Shown one piece after another: positions 26,444 to 39,852 of a stretch of 64,000 nucleotides of DNA (position 1 is its first letter; the number at the start of each line of letters is the position of its first letter). Made by a program: the position numbers and the translations under genes. Below the pieces are notes generated by a model. It searched no databases. It was not told where the DNA came from and saw nothing but the letters and a program-made list of their open reading frames with translations. The DNA comes from Eledone cirrhosa (taxonomy: Eukaryota). Location of the stretch: positions 12,524,001 to 12,588,000 of the forward strand of contig OZ024754.1 in the NCBI GenBank assembly GCA_964016885.1, given 5' to 3'.

Positions 26444-27200
26444 GATGGTGGGAATAAAGCTAGTGAGGATTGTTATAAAAAGAAATGGAATAAGATGGAT
26501 GGGTCATGTGTTGAGGAAGAAATACAGTAACTGGGTGAGAGGAGTGGTGGGACTAGAACCAGTGATGAATGTTATAAAGAGAAATGGAATGAGATGGTTG
26601 GATCATGTGTTGAGGAAGGTGAGAGGAATGGTGGGAATAGATCCAGTGATGAATGTTATAAAGAGAAATGGAATGAGATGGTTGGATCATGTGTTGAGGA
26701 AGGTGAGAGGAATGGTGGGAATAGATCCAGTGATGAATGTTATAAAGAGAAATGGAATGAGATGGTTGGATCATGTGTTGAGGAAGGTGAGAGGAATGGT
26801 GGGAATAGAACCAGTGATGACTGTTATAAAGAGAAATGGAATGAGATGGTTGGATCATGTGTTGAGGAAGGTGAGAGGAATGGTGGGAATAGATCCAGTG
26901 ATGAATGTTGCGATGAGATGATGAGGGATGAGAATAGAACCAATGATGAATGCTGGAAAGAGAAATAATTTGAGATGTTTCAGTTAAGGAGTGAGATGGT
27001 TTGGTCATGTGTTGAAGGATGGTAAAAAGGACTAAGGGATAGCATAGGCGTGATGGAAAAGAATGTGGAAGGAAGTACAGGAAGGAGAAGATCGAGACAG
27101 ACATGGTTAAAGAATTTGGAGGGGGAGAAGAAAGTCAAGGTTAACGAGGGGAGTAGGGTGCAGATAATAAGACAAAATAGTGAAGCTTGCAAGGCCTTAG
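26444..27200 (+). repeat. 84-bp tandem repeat inside a decayed RTE C-terminus
   Basis: Unit encodes VRGMVGIDPVMNVIKRNGMRWLDHVLRK; followed by VEGSTGRRRSRQTW. Confidence 0.8.
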
Positions 27201-27211
27201 CAGAGCAAATG

Positions 27212-27755
27212 GTGTGTATGTGTGTGTATGTGTGTGTATGTGTGTGTGAGAGAGTGTGTGTGTGTGTGTGAGTGAGTGAGTGTGTGTATATGTGTGTGTG
27301 TGTGAGTGTATGTGTGTAAGTGTGTGTGTGTATGTGTGAGTGTGAGTGTGTGTGAGTGAGTGTGTGTGTGAATGTGTGTGTGAGTGTATGAGTGTGTGAG
27401 TGTAAGAGTGTATGTGTGAGTGTGTGAGTGTGAGTGTGTGAGTGTGTGTCAGTGAGTGTGGGTGTGTGTATGTGAGTGTGTGTGTGAGTGTGTATATGTG
27501 AGTGTGTGTGTGAGTTTGTGTGTGTGAGTGAGTGAGTGTGTATATATGTGTGTGTGTGTGCGTGTATGTGTGTAAGCGTGTGTGAGTATGTGTGAGTGTG
27601 TGTATGTGTAAGTGTGAGTGTGTGTGTGTATGTGTGTGTGAGTGTATGAGTGTATGTGTGAGTGAGTGAGTGTATGTATATGTGTGTGAGTGTGAGTGTG
27701 TTAGTGTGTGTATGTGTGAGTGTGTGTATGTGTGAGTGTGTGTGAGTGAGTGTGT
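27212..27755. repeat. (GT/GAGT)n microsatellite
   Basis: Direct inspection. Confidence 0.95.
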
Positions 27756-28146
27756 CTGTTTATTGCTTATTTATATCTTGTAACCTTTAAAACCTCCATG
27801 CCTCCCGAGATTCGCCAATACTATACCTGATGTCCCTCCTCTCCATACACACGTACACATGTATTTCATGACTCGTACACTGTTCATTTTCCTGACATTT
27901 GTACATTATTCTATGTTCTATACATGCACCTTTGATGAGTTGTAGTGCACCTGAGCACTGTATACAATCATTTCATTATTATTATTATAACATTTCAATA
28001 AAAAGTGAAAGATAAAATAAATACGAGACTTGAAAACTTAAGGCCTGGGATTGATAAGATCGACTAAATTTCTGGAAGGTAGTCTGTAAGAGGGGTCACA
28101 ATCTATTGAACCAAAACCAGTAAAATACAAAAAAAAAAAAAAATAA

Positions 28147-28731
28147 TAATAGTTTCTACTTTTGGCACAAGATCAGCAATTACCCAGTGCATTACTGGTA
28201 CTTTATTTTATCAACCCCGTAAGGACGAAAGGCAAAGTCAACCTCAGCAGGATTTGAACTCAGAATGGCAAGGGCTGTAACTCTATACGTGAAAGCATGG
28301 CATCCGACCCTCTTCCGATACTGCCAATACATAATAATTGTTTCTACATTTGGCACAAGGCCAGTAATGACCCAGTGTATTACTGGTACTTTATTTTATC
28401 AACCCCGTAAGGACGAAAGGCAAAGTTAACCCCGGCGGGATTTGAACTCAGTCCATAAAGGGCCGTAACTCTATGCTACAAAGCATGGCATCCGACCCTC
28501 TACCGGTGCTGCCAATCCGCCGCCCTTATACATACAAACATAATTGTTTCTACTTTTGTCACAAGGCCAGTAATTATCCAGTACATTACTGGTACTTTAT
28601 TTTATCGACCCCCGTAAGGATGAAAGGCAAAGTTAACCTCGGCGGGATTTGAACTTTGACCATAAATGGCCGTAACTCTTTTCTGCAAAGCATGGTGTCC
28701 GACTCTCTACCGATACTGCCAATCCACCGCC
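28147..28731 (-). mobile_element. Three tandem SINE-1 copies
   Basis: 28147-28327, 28335-28525, 28541-28731. Confidence 0.92.
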
Positions 28732-29224
28732 AATCCATAATAATAATAATAAATTCTAACTGTGCAATCCTAATAACAGGCAACATTTTTAATAGTCTGA
28801 ACTGAACATTGCAATTCAACAATATGTGACTTAGTTCTTGCTATTTTCTTGATAAAAGCTAAAGCAGCAAGCATCTATTCTATAGCAAATGCTGACAAAA
28901 GCACCACAGTGTTTTCTAGTGGGAAGCTAAGAAATGTAGCCAAAAAGTGCTGAAGATTGTAGAATTTCTGTGGATATATAATAAAGTGATTCTCTCTACA
29001 AATAGAAATAGAAATTTTAGTTTCAAAACTTTAGAGAATAAGGTCTATATTCTCAATAGATAAGAAAGCTATAGATAGTATTGATTGTATATATATATAT
29101 ATATACAATATATATATATATTTATACGTATATATATATATACAAGTATATGTATATATATGAACATATATATGTATATATATACGATATTAATAAATGG
29201 AAACTATATTTATAAAACCATATT

Positions 29225-29289
29225 TATTTCATTATATATATTTCAAGGATACCAAGTTACATTATGGTATGCCTTCATCAGACAAAATA
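29225..29289 (-). ncRNA. Minimal hammerhead motif (family B)
   Basis: Minus strand tattttgt-CTGATGA-aggcatacca..tggtatcctt-GAAA-tatata-TA-atgaaata. Confidence 0.7.
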
Positions 29290-29532
29290 CAATATATAAC
29301 AGTTTTATAAATAGACATTGACGTACCCCTTTAAAAAGTGACTGTTGTTTTTGGAGGCCATCAGGATAGTATATATATGTATATATATATGTATATATAT
29401 ATGTACATATACATATACACACACACATATATATATAGTCATGTATATATAAATGCACATATATAATTATATGTATACGTATATACATATACACACACAT
29501 ATATATATATATATTCATATAAATGAACTTAT

Positions 29533-29805
29533 ATCATCATCATCTTCGTTTAACGTCCATTTTCCCACGCTAGCAAGGGTTAGACGGGAGTTATCTCTGA
29601 TCAAGACGAAGCATGAGTATATTTGAATTCATAGAAAAATGAGAACATTTTTGACAGGTTTTGTTTTTCATTCCGCAGTGTCCAAAACTATACAAGTATA
29701 TGTATATATATGTATATATATATGTACATATACATATACACACACATATATATAGTCATGTATATATAAATGCACATATATAATTATATGTATATATATA
29801 CATAT

Positions 29806-29839
<34 letters not shown>

Positions 29840-30728
29840 CATCATCATCATCATCATCACCGTTTTACGTCCGTTCTTCCACGCTAGCATGGGTTAAACG
29901 GGTTGTCCTGTTGTGGGCAGTGTCTGGTCGGCTGACCATGCCTTGCTCATACAGGAACTGATTTGGCTTGATTTCTACAGCTGGATGTCCTTCCTAACAC
30001 CAACCTCATATCTTCGTTTAACGTCCATTTTCCCATGCTAGCAAGGGTTAGAAGGGAGTTATCTCCGATCAAGACGAAGCATGAGTATATTTGAATTCAT
30101 AGAAAAATGAGAACATTTTTGACAGGTTTTGTTTTTCATTCCACAGTGTCCAAAACTACATTCCTCACCAAACAAGCTTGGTGGGGGTGGTTGGATTAGT
30201 CGCTGATGACCCAACAATGCATATGTTGTACTGGGCTGCATATTACTACACACACACACATATATATATATATATATTCCGTCACACCACCCCCACCCCA
30301 TCCACACCGCCCCTTTCAATGTAAAGTTATGTTGGTGCCACAACATCCAGGCCGAAACAAATGAGATCGTGTAGGTGTCACGACAAAAAAACACACAGTC
30401 CACGCTGTAATGTGGCCGTGTAGGCAACACGGTAAAAACCTCCCAGTCCCACACTGTAAATGTGGTTGGTGTTAGGAAGGGCATCCAGCTGTAGAAAACC
30501 CGCCAGACAGTCCACGCTGTAATGTGGCCATGTAGGCAACACGGTAAAAACCTCCCAGTCCCACACTGTAAATGTGGTTGGTGTTAGGAAGGGCATCCAG
30601 CTGTAGAAAACCCGCCAGACAGTCCTATGCGAGCAAGACAACCACTCTTGCCTCAAGTGGGAAAACTCCCATCCAAACCCATGCAAGCATGGAACATGGA
30701 CGTTAAACGATGATGATGATGATGATGA
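29533..30728. mobile_element. Nest of RTE-tailed short elements with local duplications
   Basis: 29545-29690 is repeated at 30011-30160; 29840-30008 (-); 30280-30728 (+) has an internal ~120-bp tandem duplication. Confidence 0.8.
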
Positions 30729-30811
30729 TATATACACAGACACATACACACTTATATCTATATATATACACACACATAATTACGCGCACACACATATATA
30801 TATACATACAT

Positions 30812-30846
<35 letters not shown>

Positions 30847-30921
30847 CACACACACATATATATATATATATATACACACACACATATATATATATACATA
30901 CACACACACATATATATATAT

Positions 30922-30976
<55 letters not shown>

Positions 30977-31104
30977 CAAACACACATACTCTTATCTATC
31001 TACAGTCGATCGACTTTTGTCAAATCGGACCTAGGAAACAATGTTTCCGTTGGTCTTTCCAATTGTTATTACTATCTATCGGTCGCAACTCCAGGTAGAA
31101 GGAA

Positions 31105-31220
31105 CAACGAGAAATAAAGTGTCTTGCTCAAGGACATAACGCATCGTCTGGTCTGGGGATCGAACTCACAACCTTACAATTGCGAATCCAATTCTCTAAT
31201 CACTCAGCCACGCGCCTTCA
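31105..31220 (-). mobile_element. SINE-2-related tRNA head and CORE fragment
   Basis: gaaataaagtgtcttgctcaagga...gatcgaactc...cactcagccacgcgcc. Confidence 0.8.
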
Positions 31221-31510
31221 CTCATATATACATAGACACATACACACACATATATATATATATATGGACACATATACAATTATTCTATAAACCACTCAAA
31301 ATGAAAAAGTCAGCTTCTCAAGATATAATAAATAAATAAATAAAAAATAAATTGAAGCTGAAGAACCTCTTTTATCAGAATTGCTTCCAATTTCAATATA
31401 TACACTATCTCCGAAGATGGGACAAAAGACGTTGTATGGTATTTGATAGATTTCCTTCATGTGTGCTCTGACTCTATATTGAAGAATTTACCAATTCCAA
31501 CAAAGAAGAG

Positions 31511-31512
<2 letters not shown>

Positions 31513-31542
<30 letters not shown>

Positions 31543-31972
31543 GAAGAAGAAGAAGACGAAGAAGAAGAAGAAGAAGAAGAAGAAGAAGAAGAAGAAGAAG
31601 AAGAAGAAGAACAACAACAACAACAACAACACGAAGAAGAAGAAGAACAAGAATTAGAAGAAGAAGGTGAAGAAGAAGGTGAAGAAGAAGGTGAAGAAGA
31701 AGGTGAAGAAGAAGGTGAAGAAGAAGAAGAAGGTGAAGAAGAAGGTGAAGAAGAAGGTGAAGAAGAAGAAGAAGAAGAAGGTGCAGAAGGTGAAGAAGGT
31801 GAAGGTGAAGAAGAAGAAGAAAAAGAAGAAGAAGAAGAACACGAAGAAGAACACGAACACGAAGAAGAAGAAGAAAAAGAAGAAGAAAAAGAAAAAGAAA
31901 AAGAAAAAGAAAAAGAAAAAGAAAAAGAAAAAGAAAAAGAAAAAGAATAACACGAAGAAGAAGAAGAAGAAG

Positions 31973-32002
<30 letters not shown>
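31513..32002. repeat. (ATT)n/(GAA)n compound microsatellite
   Basis: Direct inspection. Confidence 0.95.
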
Positions 32003-32003
<1 letters not shown>

Positions 32004-32069
32004 CATGTGAGAGATATATGAATCGAGATGTTTGCCTGATTGCTGTTTGTATTTAGGAAAATATATCTA

Positions 32070-32234
32070 CAGGTAAAATTCCGTTATAATGAATACCATT
32101 ATAACGAATTTTTCAGTATAACAACATTTTTTTCAATCCCTGGCCACATACTCAATGTGTTAGGTCAATCTCGTTATAAAGAATTTTTCATTACAACAAA
32201 TTTTTTTAAAAACCCTGTGAATGGAATTTTACTG
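32070..32234. mobile_element. pogo/Tigger-type MITE
   Basis: TA|cag(g)taaaattccgtt ... aatggaattttactg|TA; internal cgttataa repeats. Confidence 0.7.
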
Positions 32235-32287
32235 TATATGTATGTGTATATATATGTGGGTATTGATGTATGTATATGTATGTATGT

Positions 32288-32894
32288 CAGGTCACCAGTT
32301 GGTGCTACTGGTAACATGTATCACAGTACAACCTGTCTCATGGTCGGGTCGTTGGCGACTAAACTGGCAACCCCACCAAGGTTTCTTGGTGAGGAGGGTG
32401 ACTTTGGACATCCTGCAGGACTAAAAACAAAACCTGTCAAAGGGCAAAGGAGCTCTTAAGAGTCAATGGCCATCCAAAATCACCGGGAGAGATGACCCCT
32501 TAGCCTTTGTCAAGGCAGAATTCTAGGAGAAGGAAAACTCTGATATAACACCTGCAACTCTGATGGTATCTAATGATGTTGACTTGTTCTTCTTTTTGGT
32601 AAATATCATCTTGGTTAAGAGAGTGGGACTGGCTTTGTGCAGTGCCTTTGCTCACTATAAAAGCTTCACGGCACAGGCATTGCTTTATATCTGGAGATCT
32701 CTCTGCACTTGTCGTGACATGGTACCATGGGCCCAGCACTAAGTGTCAATAATTGTCACAAGTGTAGTGTTTGTACCCGAGTTTTCAAGTCGCTGGCTGG
32801 ACTGAAAAGTCACACTCGTTTAGCGCATCAGTAGGGGTTCTCCTACATGGATATAAGGTAGTGGCCGTACTCGAAAACGAGTTGGCAGCCACCA
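32288..32894 (+). mobile_element. ~600-bp non-coding dispersed element, copy 1, in (TATG)n
   Basis: Near-identical to 53788-54371. Confidence 0.85.
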
Positions 32895-32939
32895 TATGTA
32901 TGTATATTCCTGATGATTTCCTTCGAATGAAACAGTTCT

Positions 32940-33074
32940 AGTCCTTACACAGGCATCATATAACCAGCCCTTCGTACGCAGGGAGAAACCCTTCTTTGTC
33001 AGCAGAGTTAGCAGCTCCCTAAACTTCTTCCAACCCGTCCTTATTCTAGATACTATGGCCTCGGAACTCCCCAT
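32940..33074 (-). mobile_element. RTE ORF fragment
   Basis: [36 protein letters not shown]. Confidence 0.85.
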
Positions 33075-33198
33075 ATATGTATGTATATTTGTATTTATAT
33101 GTGGATATGTCTGTAATGTATTTATATGTATGAAATCTTATGTGAATGTATGTATGTATGTATCGTGTGTGTGTGTGTAGATATGTTTATGTGTGTGC

Positions 33199-33235
<37 letters not shown>

Positions 33236-33431
33236 CGTTATTCCGGGTTGAATCGGAGGTAACCACAGTAAGTAAGGTACTCAATACATTGCAGAGTATA
33301 AAAGTTTTAATATAGATGAGATTCTACAGGACTAGAACTGTTTCATTCTTTAGAAATCATCAGGAATCTCCTGATGATTTCTAAAGAATGAAACAGTTCT
33401 AGTCCTGTAGAATCTTATCTATATTAAAACT
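33236..33431. mobile_element. Family A element, inverted, complete hammerhead at 33318-33370 (-)
   Basis: Minus strand gagattc-CTGATGA-tttctaaagaat-GAAA-cagttctagtcctg-TA-gaatctc; mirror arm 33371-33431; (TA)n flanks. Confidence 0.82.
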
Positions 33432-33449
33432 ATATATATATATATGTAT

Positions 33450-33775
33450 ATTATTATTGTTGTTGTTGTCGTTATTATTATTGTTGTTATTATTATTCTT
33501 TGAGTCTCAGTCATTGATGTTATTTAACTGGAAAGTTTGTTGAAATGAATATCAAGCCACTACCTGCAGCCTCAGATATTCAGGACGTATCGGAGGGTTC
33601 TTGCTGTTCCCAGCAAGCATGCCTTTTGAAATGCTCCAAAAAGCGGGTCAGGGCCAATTTTCTTTAACCATCCCTGGAAACTTATAGAGATAGTACCTAG
33701 TGCGCCTATGACAATCGGGACCACTTTGACTTCATGGCAGTTCCAAATCCTTTTTACCTCCCACTTACCTCTCAC
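33450..33775 (-). mobile_element. R4/Dong-like (RLE) LINE 3' end with (TAA/CAA)n tail
   Basis: VKVVPIVIGALGTI...QKACLLGTARTLRYVL. Confidence 0.8.
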
Positions 33776-33789
33776 TCTTATGGGTTATT

Positions 33790-33980
33790 GTGGATTGGCA
33801 GTATCGGTAGAGGGTCAGACGCCATGCTTTGCAGCAGAGTTACGGCCCTTTATGATCTGAGTTCAAATCCCGCCGAGGTTAACTTTGCCTTTCATCCTTA
33901 CAGGGTCGAAAAAATAAAGTACCAGTAATGTACTGGGATAATTGCTGGCATTGTGCCAAAAGTAGAAACAATTATTATTA
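33790..33980 (+). mobile_element. SINE-1
   Basis: Family match. Confidence 0.92.
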
Positions 33981-34423
33981 TTGTTTATTTTTTTTTTCTC
34001 GTGCAATGGCCATACTCGATGACGAGGGGGCAGCCATCATCATGTATGTATGTATGTATGTATGTATGTATGTGAATATTTTCATTGTGTAACTTAGATT
34101 GAGGAAGATAGCTATTACCTACAACCTGTAACCATGATGTATTGTTCGTTACGTTTATTACATAGTTTAAGATCACAATATCACAATATAATATCAACTA
34201 CATCAATCACCCAATCATATATATCAATATATATATATATATTGATATATATATATATATATATATATTGATATATAGTCATATCTAATTGATTGTGTCT
34301 ACACATCAAGCTGTTGTCTGGGTGTCAGCCATTAAAAGCTCTCTAGAAATATTATTTTGCCTGTTTCTTTCACCAACACTTCCATCCTTTTCTTTCTCTT
34401 ATGTTTATAGAATCTTACAAATT

Positions 34424-34683
34424 TCTTCTTCTTCTTCTTCTCCCTCTCCCCCTTCTTCTTCTTCCCCCCCCCCTCCCCTTCTTCTTCTTCTTCTTCTTCT
34501 TCTTCTTCTTCTTCTCCCCCCCTTCTTCTTCTTCTTCTTCTCCCCCTTCTTCTTCTTCTTCTCCTTCTCCTCCTTCTCCTTCTTCTTCTTCTATCCCAGA
34601 GCCAAATGTTCATTAAGAAAGACATCAGCCTTTCATTTCTATCTTTCTCTCATTTTTTCATTCTCATTCTTTCATTCTTTCAT

Positions 34684-34725
<42 letters not shown>

Positions 34726-35355
34726 CCTATGCTCCATCTTGCTTTACCTTTCTCTCTCCCTCTCTCTATTCCTTCCTACTTTCATCACCTCCCTCTCTCT
34801 CTATATATCTCCTCTTCATCTCTCCTCCACCCTTCCCCATCACTCACTCTCTCTCTCTCTCTCCCTACCCTCACCCACCCCCTTCTTCTCTCTAACACCT
34901 GTTCTTTACCTGGCAACAATTTCTATTTCCTCCATTGACCATTATGTCCAGCAAAGCCACAGGCTGTAGTCACTCTCTCCATCCCCACCACCACCGTCAC
35001 TATCTCCATCCCCATCACCACCGTCACTATCCCCATCACCACCGTCACTATCTCCATCCCCACCACCATCATCAACACCATCACTACTACAAACACCATC
35101 ATCACCACCATCACCACCACCATCACAATCACCACCATCACTACCATCATCACCACCACCATCACTACCATCATCACCAGCACCACCACAATCATCACCA
35201 TCACCACCACAATCACCATCATCACCATCACCACCACAATCATCACCATCACCACCACAATCACCAATCATCACCAACATCACCATCACCACTATCATCA
35301 TCATGACCACCATCATCATCACTATAACCAACATCATCACTCCTCACCATCATCA
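34424..35355. repeat. (CTT)n, (CT)n and (CAC/CAT)n microsatellites
   Basis: Direct inspection. Confidence 0.9.
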
Positions 35356-35726
35356 TGTGTGGGTTTGTGTCTTTCTGAGCTTGTAGTTGTGTTCTTGTGT
35401 ACATGTGTTTGCATATATGTTTGTGTAGGTGTGTGTTTTTCAATGTGTGTTTGTGTGTGTGTGTGAGACTGAGTGTGTGTTGGTATATATGTGAGACATA
35501 TACATATGATATACACAGATAAATCCACCAATCAATGGTAGGGTCTAAACCGTATGAAGAACTCAATGTAATCCGTATGTAGAAGATGTCGTGGAGCAAA
35601 GTTTAAAATACAAAATTTTCAACGATATAATTCATTGGATGCAGAGTCAAAAATAGAAATATTAAAACAATGAAATTAAACAAAAAACGGTTAATTCATA
35701 GTAAAACTCATTATTTTACGATCGTT

Positions 35727-35855
35727 CTGAAGACGGTGGGTAGTGAAGACATATGTATATTTTCTTATTATGATATTTTGTAATATATTTTACATAGATC
35801 AATAATTGAATGGACATATGGGGAACTACCCCCCAGAAACGATCGTAAAATAATG
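35727..35855 (+). ncRNA. Hammerhead motif with ~100-nt stem II region (family F), inside inverted repeat 35656-35908
   Basis: CTGAAGA-c.gtgggtagt...actacccccca-GAAA-cgatcg-TA-aaataatg; stem I 5' strand displaced by the inversion. Confidence 0.65.
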
Positions 35856-36092
35856 AGTTTTACTATGAATTAACCGTTTTTTGTTTAATTTCATTGTTTT
35901 AATATTTCCATATAATATATATATATGTATATATGTATGAGGTGAGTTTTATTGTAGTACAATAAAGCAATGCAGATATCGGATAAGAAGCACTCTACAG
36001 TTTGTAGGACTGGAGTATACATAATATATAAGATATGTTGATTTAAAACTGCACTATCCACAAGTGTTTTTAACCTTCATATCATGTCCTCC

Positions 36093-36163
36093 TATTTTAT
36101 CTGATGAAAACACAAATGTTATTGCATGATGATATTTGTTTTTGAAATGCGCATAATAAAATA
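36093..36163 (+). ncRNA. Minimal hammerhead motif (family D relative)
   Basis: tattttat-CTGATGA-aaacac...gttttt-GAAA-tgcgca-TA-ataaaata. Confidence 0.75.
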
Positions 36164-36193
36164 CATGGAACTCATTTAACCATCTTTTGATCT

Positions 36194-36233
<40 letters not shown>

Positions 36234-36404
36234 AGGGAGTGTAACTTGGAGTTACTGTAGGTTCACTCGGGTGAGGTACTCAATGTTTAGATTCACTTCA
36301 GTGTCGAGGTGTAGAGCTAGACAGAGTGTATTATAGTGAAATAAGATAACAAGGACGATTGGTTACTCCTTCACTACGTTTATTTTTCCATTAACATTAC
36401 AAGG

Positions 36405-36489
36405 GGTCTGACGAGCTGCGGATTACCGAGTCAGGTCAGATCGATACAGATCAAACCTTGAGCTGATCAGTGGCGAAACACGTGTCACC
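36405..36489 (+). ncRNA. Hammerhead motif with GUC site (family G), inside inverted repeat 36332-36546
   Basis: ggt-CTGACGA-gctgc...gtggc-GAAA-cacgtg-TC-acc. Confidence 0.75.
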
Positions 36490-36551
36490 GACCAATAAAC
36501 ATAATCAAGGAGTAACCAAACATCCTTGCTATCTTATTTCACTATATATAT

Positions 36552-36868
36552 ATGTAGAAGTTATATTTAATTTGTTGGGATTCCAACAAACTTAAAAGTT
36601 TATAACTGATATAGAGCACTCAACAGTTTACTGGAGTAAATATTCAATATATTAATAAATGGAAACTATATTTATAAAACCATAATTATTTCATTATATA
36701 TATTTTAAGGGCAACCAAGCCAATCTTGGTGCGCTCTCATCAGATATATTTCTTATGTTATATAGAAATGCCTTCTACAGGACTAGAACTGTTTCATTCA
36801 TATGAAATTATCAATGATATCATACAAATGAAACAGTTGTAGTACTGTAGAAGCCATTTCTATATTAA
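36552..36868. mobile_element. Decayed family B (-) and inverted family A copies
   Basis: Homology to 3490-3682 and to 17174-17310. Confidence 0.65.
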
Positions 36869-36919
36869 ATTTCCATATTAAACCATAACTGGTGTAACAC
36901 AGGCACACACACACACATA

Positions 36920-37243
36920 ATACCATGTATAACACACACACACACTACCATGTATAACACTACCATGTATAACACACTACCATGTATAACACTACCATGT
37001 ATAACACACTACTATATATAACACACTACCATGTATAACACACTACCATGTATAACACACTACCATGTATAACACACTACCATGTATAACACACTATCAT
37101 GTATAGACACACTACTATGTATAACACTACCATGTATAACACACTACCATGTATAACACACTACCATCTATAACACACTACCATGTATAGACACACTACT
37201 ATGTATAACACACTACCATGTATAACACACTACCATGTATAAC
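36920..37243. repeat. 17-bp minisatellite taccatgtataacacac
   Basis: Direct inspection. Confidence 0.92.
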
Positions 37244-37729
37244 AGATGACATTTACAATCCTAACCTCTACAAAGTAGCCATGACATCAGAAAGCTTCTG
37301 GTCCTCACCAAAACTACAAGAAATATCTTTTATTTAATTATTGATTTCTCCATGTTATTATATACATTTTTTATTGATTCCTTCATGTTATTATATACAT
37401 TTTTTATTGATTTCTTTTCTTTAAATCTCTGATGTGACCTTTAACTGCTTGTCATCTTTTTTACATGTTTATCTCCCCTTTCACCACCACCACACATACA
37501 CACACACATACCAATACATACTGTCTCACACATATACACATACACACATACACACATATACCAACACACACTGTCTCACACATATACACATACACACATA
37601 CACACACACATACCAACACACTCAGTCTCACACACACACACACACAAACAGACTCTCAGACAACACACACACACATACATTTGTCCCTTTTAATAATGAA
37701 GGCTCTCACCCTAAAACTTGATTTTTATA

Positions 37730-38700
37730 TACACACAAAAACACACATACACACACACACATATATGCAAACACACTTACACAAAACCACACACATACAC
37801 ACACATATATATGCAAACACACGTACACAAAAACACATACATACACACACATATATATGCAAACACACTTACACAAGAACACATACACACACATATATAT
37901 GCAAACGCATATACACAAAAACACACATACACACACACATATATATGCAAACACACGTACACAAAAACACACACATATATGCAAACACATGTACACAAAA
38001 ACACACACATACACACACATATATATGCAAACACACTTACACAAAACCACACACATACACACACATATATATGCAAACACACGTACACAAAAACACATAC
38101 ATACACACACATATATATGCAAACACACTTACACAAGAACACATACACACACATATATATGCAAACGCATATACACAAAAACACACATACACACACACAT
38201 ATATATGCAAACACACGTACACAAAAACACACACATATATGCAAACACATGTACACAAAAACACACACATACACACACATATATATGCAAACACACTTAC
38301 ACAAAACCACACACATACACACACATATATATGCAAACACACGTACACAAAAACACATACATACACACACATATATATGCAAACACACTTACACAAGAAC
38401 ACATACACACACATATATATGCAAACGCATATACACAAAAACACACACACACACATATATATGCAAACACACGTACACAAAAACACACACATATATGCAA
38501 ACACATGTACACAAAAACACACACATACACACACATATATATATGCAAACACACGTACACAAAAACACACACATACACACACATATATATGCAAACACAC
38601 GTACACAAAAACACACACATACACACACATATATATGCAAACACACTTACACAAGAACACATACACACACACACATATATATGCAAACACACGTACACAA
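37730..38700. repeat. CA-rich satellite with 260-bp higher-order period
   Basis: Identical blocks start at 37777, 38037 and 38297. Confidence 0.85.
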
Positions 38701-38864
38701 ACACACGTATACAAGAACACATCTACAAACACAGGAAGACACAAACACACACATACACTCATAGAGACACAAACACACTCCTACATACATACACACTTCT
38801 ACACACAAACACACACCTTGACACGTACGGAGACATAAACACACACCTACACACACAAACACAC

Positions 38865-39605
38865 ATGATGTTGATGATGGTGATGATGTTGGTGATGGTG
38901 ATGGTGATGATGATGATGTTGGTGATGATGATGGTGATGATGATGGTGATGATGATGGTGATGGTGATGGTGATGATGATGATGTTGGTGATGATGATGG
39001 TGATGATGATGGTGATGATGTTGGTGATGATGATGGTGATGATGATGGTGATGATGATGGTGATGATGTTGGTGATGATGATGGTGATGATGATGGTGAT
39101 GATGTTGGTGATGATGATGGTGATGATGATGGTGATGATGATGGTAATGTTGATGATGTTGGTGATGGTGATGATGTTGGTGATGGTGATGATGATGATG
39201 ATGGTGATGGTGATGATGTTGGTGATGGTGATGATGATGGTGATGATGTTGGTGATGATGATGGTGATGATGATGTTGGTGATGATGTTGGTGATGATGG
39301 TGATGATGTTGGTGATGGTGATGATGATGGTGATGATGGTGATGATGGTGATGTTGTTGGTGATGGTGATGGTGATGGTGATGATGATGGTGATGATGAT
39401 GTTGGTGATGATGTTGGTGATGATGTTGGTGACAGTGATGATGATGATGATGATGTTGGTGATGATGATGATGATGGTGTAGGTGATGATGTTGGTGATG
39501 ATGTTGGTGACAGTGATGGTGATGATGATACAGGTGATCATGGTAATTGTTGTGGTGATGATGGTGATGATGGTGATGTTGGTGATGGTGACTATGGTGA
39601 TGGGG
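38865..39605. repeat. (GAT/GGT)n microsatellite
   Basis: Direct inspection. Confidence 0.95.
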
Positions 39606-39852
39606 AGGTGATAGTTATATATATACAGTATATGTTTATATATGGAAGCTGAAGACAATGAGAGAATGAACCAATGAAAATGCAGAAGAAAGATGAAATA
39701 TTAATTTACTAGACTAAATGTTGCTAATTACTTTAGCAATATGACAGAATTGGAGGTGATTATTACAAGATGTCATTGATCAGTTTCTATATGAGAATCC
39801 AATGACATTTAGATATTATTGTTTTTATTCACTTTATTATCATTAGTGTTGT

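Noticed and set aside
27932-27988. ttgatgag hammerhead-like word
   Set aside because: No GAAA or stems; it looks like a retroposon 3' end with an (ATT)n tail.
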